Assembly: GCF_006345805.1 (NCBI RefSeq)
Contig: NW_021833923.1
Location: forward strand, 1 to 49,941
DNA: 49,941 nucleotides
Reading direction: 5' to 3'
Source of the DNA: Octopus sinensis
Taxonomy: Eukaryota
Numbering within the stretch: the first letter of the stretch is position 1; each line of letters begins with the position of its first letter. Positions 48,718 to 49,941 of this stretch are shown piece by piece. The translations under genes and the position numbers were made by a program. The notes below the pieces were generated by a model. That model had not been told where the DNA came from, ran no database searches, and worked only from the letters and a program-made list of their open reading frames with translations.

Positions 48718-49648
48718 TATATAATGGCGGTGCCCCAGCATGGCCACAGCTTGTGAGCTGAAACTAGATAAATAAATAAAATATATATAATATATAATAT
48801 ATATATATATATATATAATACATATATATAATACATATATATATAATATATATATAATATGTAATATATATATGTATATAATATATATATAAATATATAT
48901 ATATTATAATATATATATATATATTATAATATATAATATAAATAATATATATATATATATATATATAAATTGAGATAGGGGTTTCAAATTCAACCCTCCA
49001 TGGGATACCATATATCCAAAGTGTGCGCGTGTGGATGTTTCTCAACTAACCAACCGTAAAAAAAACAATTATAATTTAAATTTAAAAGTATAAGCCAATC
49101 AAATTCCGGCGTTCGTTTCATAACTATTTCGGAAATTAATAATATATTAGTGTCACAATAGAAATTATTAATTTACATGCATCTGTGGAAATTAACACCA
49201 TGTAAACTGATTGACTTGACTGCTTTTTGTATGTATGTGCAAATATTTAATACCTTGCATAATACTGTGGTATTATGTTGGTCCCTAGTTTTGATACTAT
49301 ATTGCTAATTATGTGATATATGTATTGTTTTATTAGTATTAATGTTATTAGAAATAAGAACAATGATATTGGTAGCATAAATGATATTGATAACAGTATT
49401 GATGTTAACATTAATGACTTTTTGTAAATTAATATAAGGTAATACTGACTCTATATATCTGCATTGAAGTATGAATATGTCTACGTTCTCTACGTTGTAA
49501 TATCTTAATATTAAGTTGAAAAACATTGAATATGGAACATATATATATTTATTGATTTGTATTATTTGTATTATTATGTATATGTATATGTAAATGATTT
49601 ATTATGGGTATGTACCCACACTTATATGAGTATATATGTAATTTGGTT

Positions 49649-49796
49649 TATACTTTAGAATCTCCGAAGAGGCCTTAAGATATCTTTGTAAATGTCTCAT
49701 TTTTAACTTCATATTGACATACTATACATGGCTAATATAAGTAAAATGAGGCATACTTATCTGCATGGCCGAAACAGCTGTAAGATATAGTGTATA
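49649..49796 (+). ncRNA. Type I hammerhead ribozyme motif (Penelope-like/retrozyme style)
   Basis: Stem I atct (49660-63)/agat (49783-86) plus tatac/gtata. Core CCGAAGA (49664-70). Stem II ggcc/ggcc extended by atgtctcatttt/aaaatgaggcat. GAAA-C-agct-G-TA with predicted cleavage after 49782. Confidence 0.72.
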
Positions 49797-49832
49797 TTTA
49801 TATTTATATCTATTTATATTTATTTATTTATA

Positions 49833-49941
49833 TCCTCTTATAATGATTGTACTTATTGTATTGTATTACTCATTCATGTACGCTGTTTTGTTATATATTT
49901 TTATATTTAATCCTAATGTTCTTATGTAGTGGTTTAATAAA
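49833..49941 (+). repeat. 109-bp direct repeat, copy 2, just downstream of the hammerhead motif
   Basis: See copy 1. May continue past the window edge. Confidence 0.9.

Noticed and set aside
47480-49530. AT-rich stretch considered as a mitochondrial insertion (NUMT)
   Set aside because: No recognisable mitochondrial protein, rRNA or tRNA motifs by eye.

Overview
Eukaryotic, repeat-dominated chromosome-end sequence with no supportable intact host gene. The TTAGGG telomere, CORE/tRNA-type SINEs, RTE LINEs and TA/CA microsatellites suggest an octopus-like mollusc (inference). Layout: a terminal (CCCTAA)n tract (1-183); about 3.5 copies of a ~410-bp unit carrying paired inverted motifs and an embedded telomere-like tract; a decayed CR1/L2-type RT; a ~140/280-bp satellite; and a ~21-kb 34-bp minisatellite domain. 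That domain has a proximal part with alternating orientation, a nested fold-back cassette (10.0-13.1 kb) and a long unidirectional array. It ends abruptly in a second, same-orientation (CCCTAA)n tract (26793-27266) fused to a 5'-truncated Penelope-like GIY-YIG fragment, so the first ~27 kb is bracketed by direct telomeric tracts. The rest is a transposon graveyard: a Gypsy element nested in an RTE LINE, Tc1, two mariners, SINEs and a tRNA-Ser relic. It also holds a near-perfect 1.6-kb palindrome with mirrored promoter/splice-donor-like signals and a well-formed type I hammerhead ribozyme motif near the window end. All coordinates were read by eye and may be off by a few bases. No searches were run.
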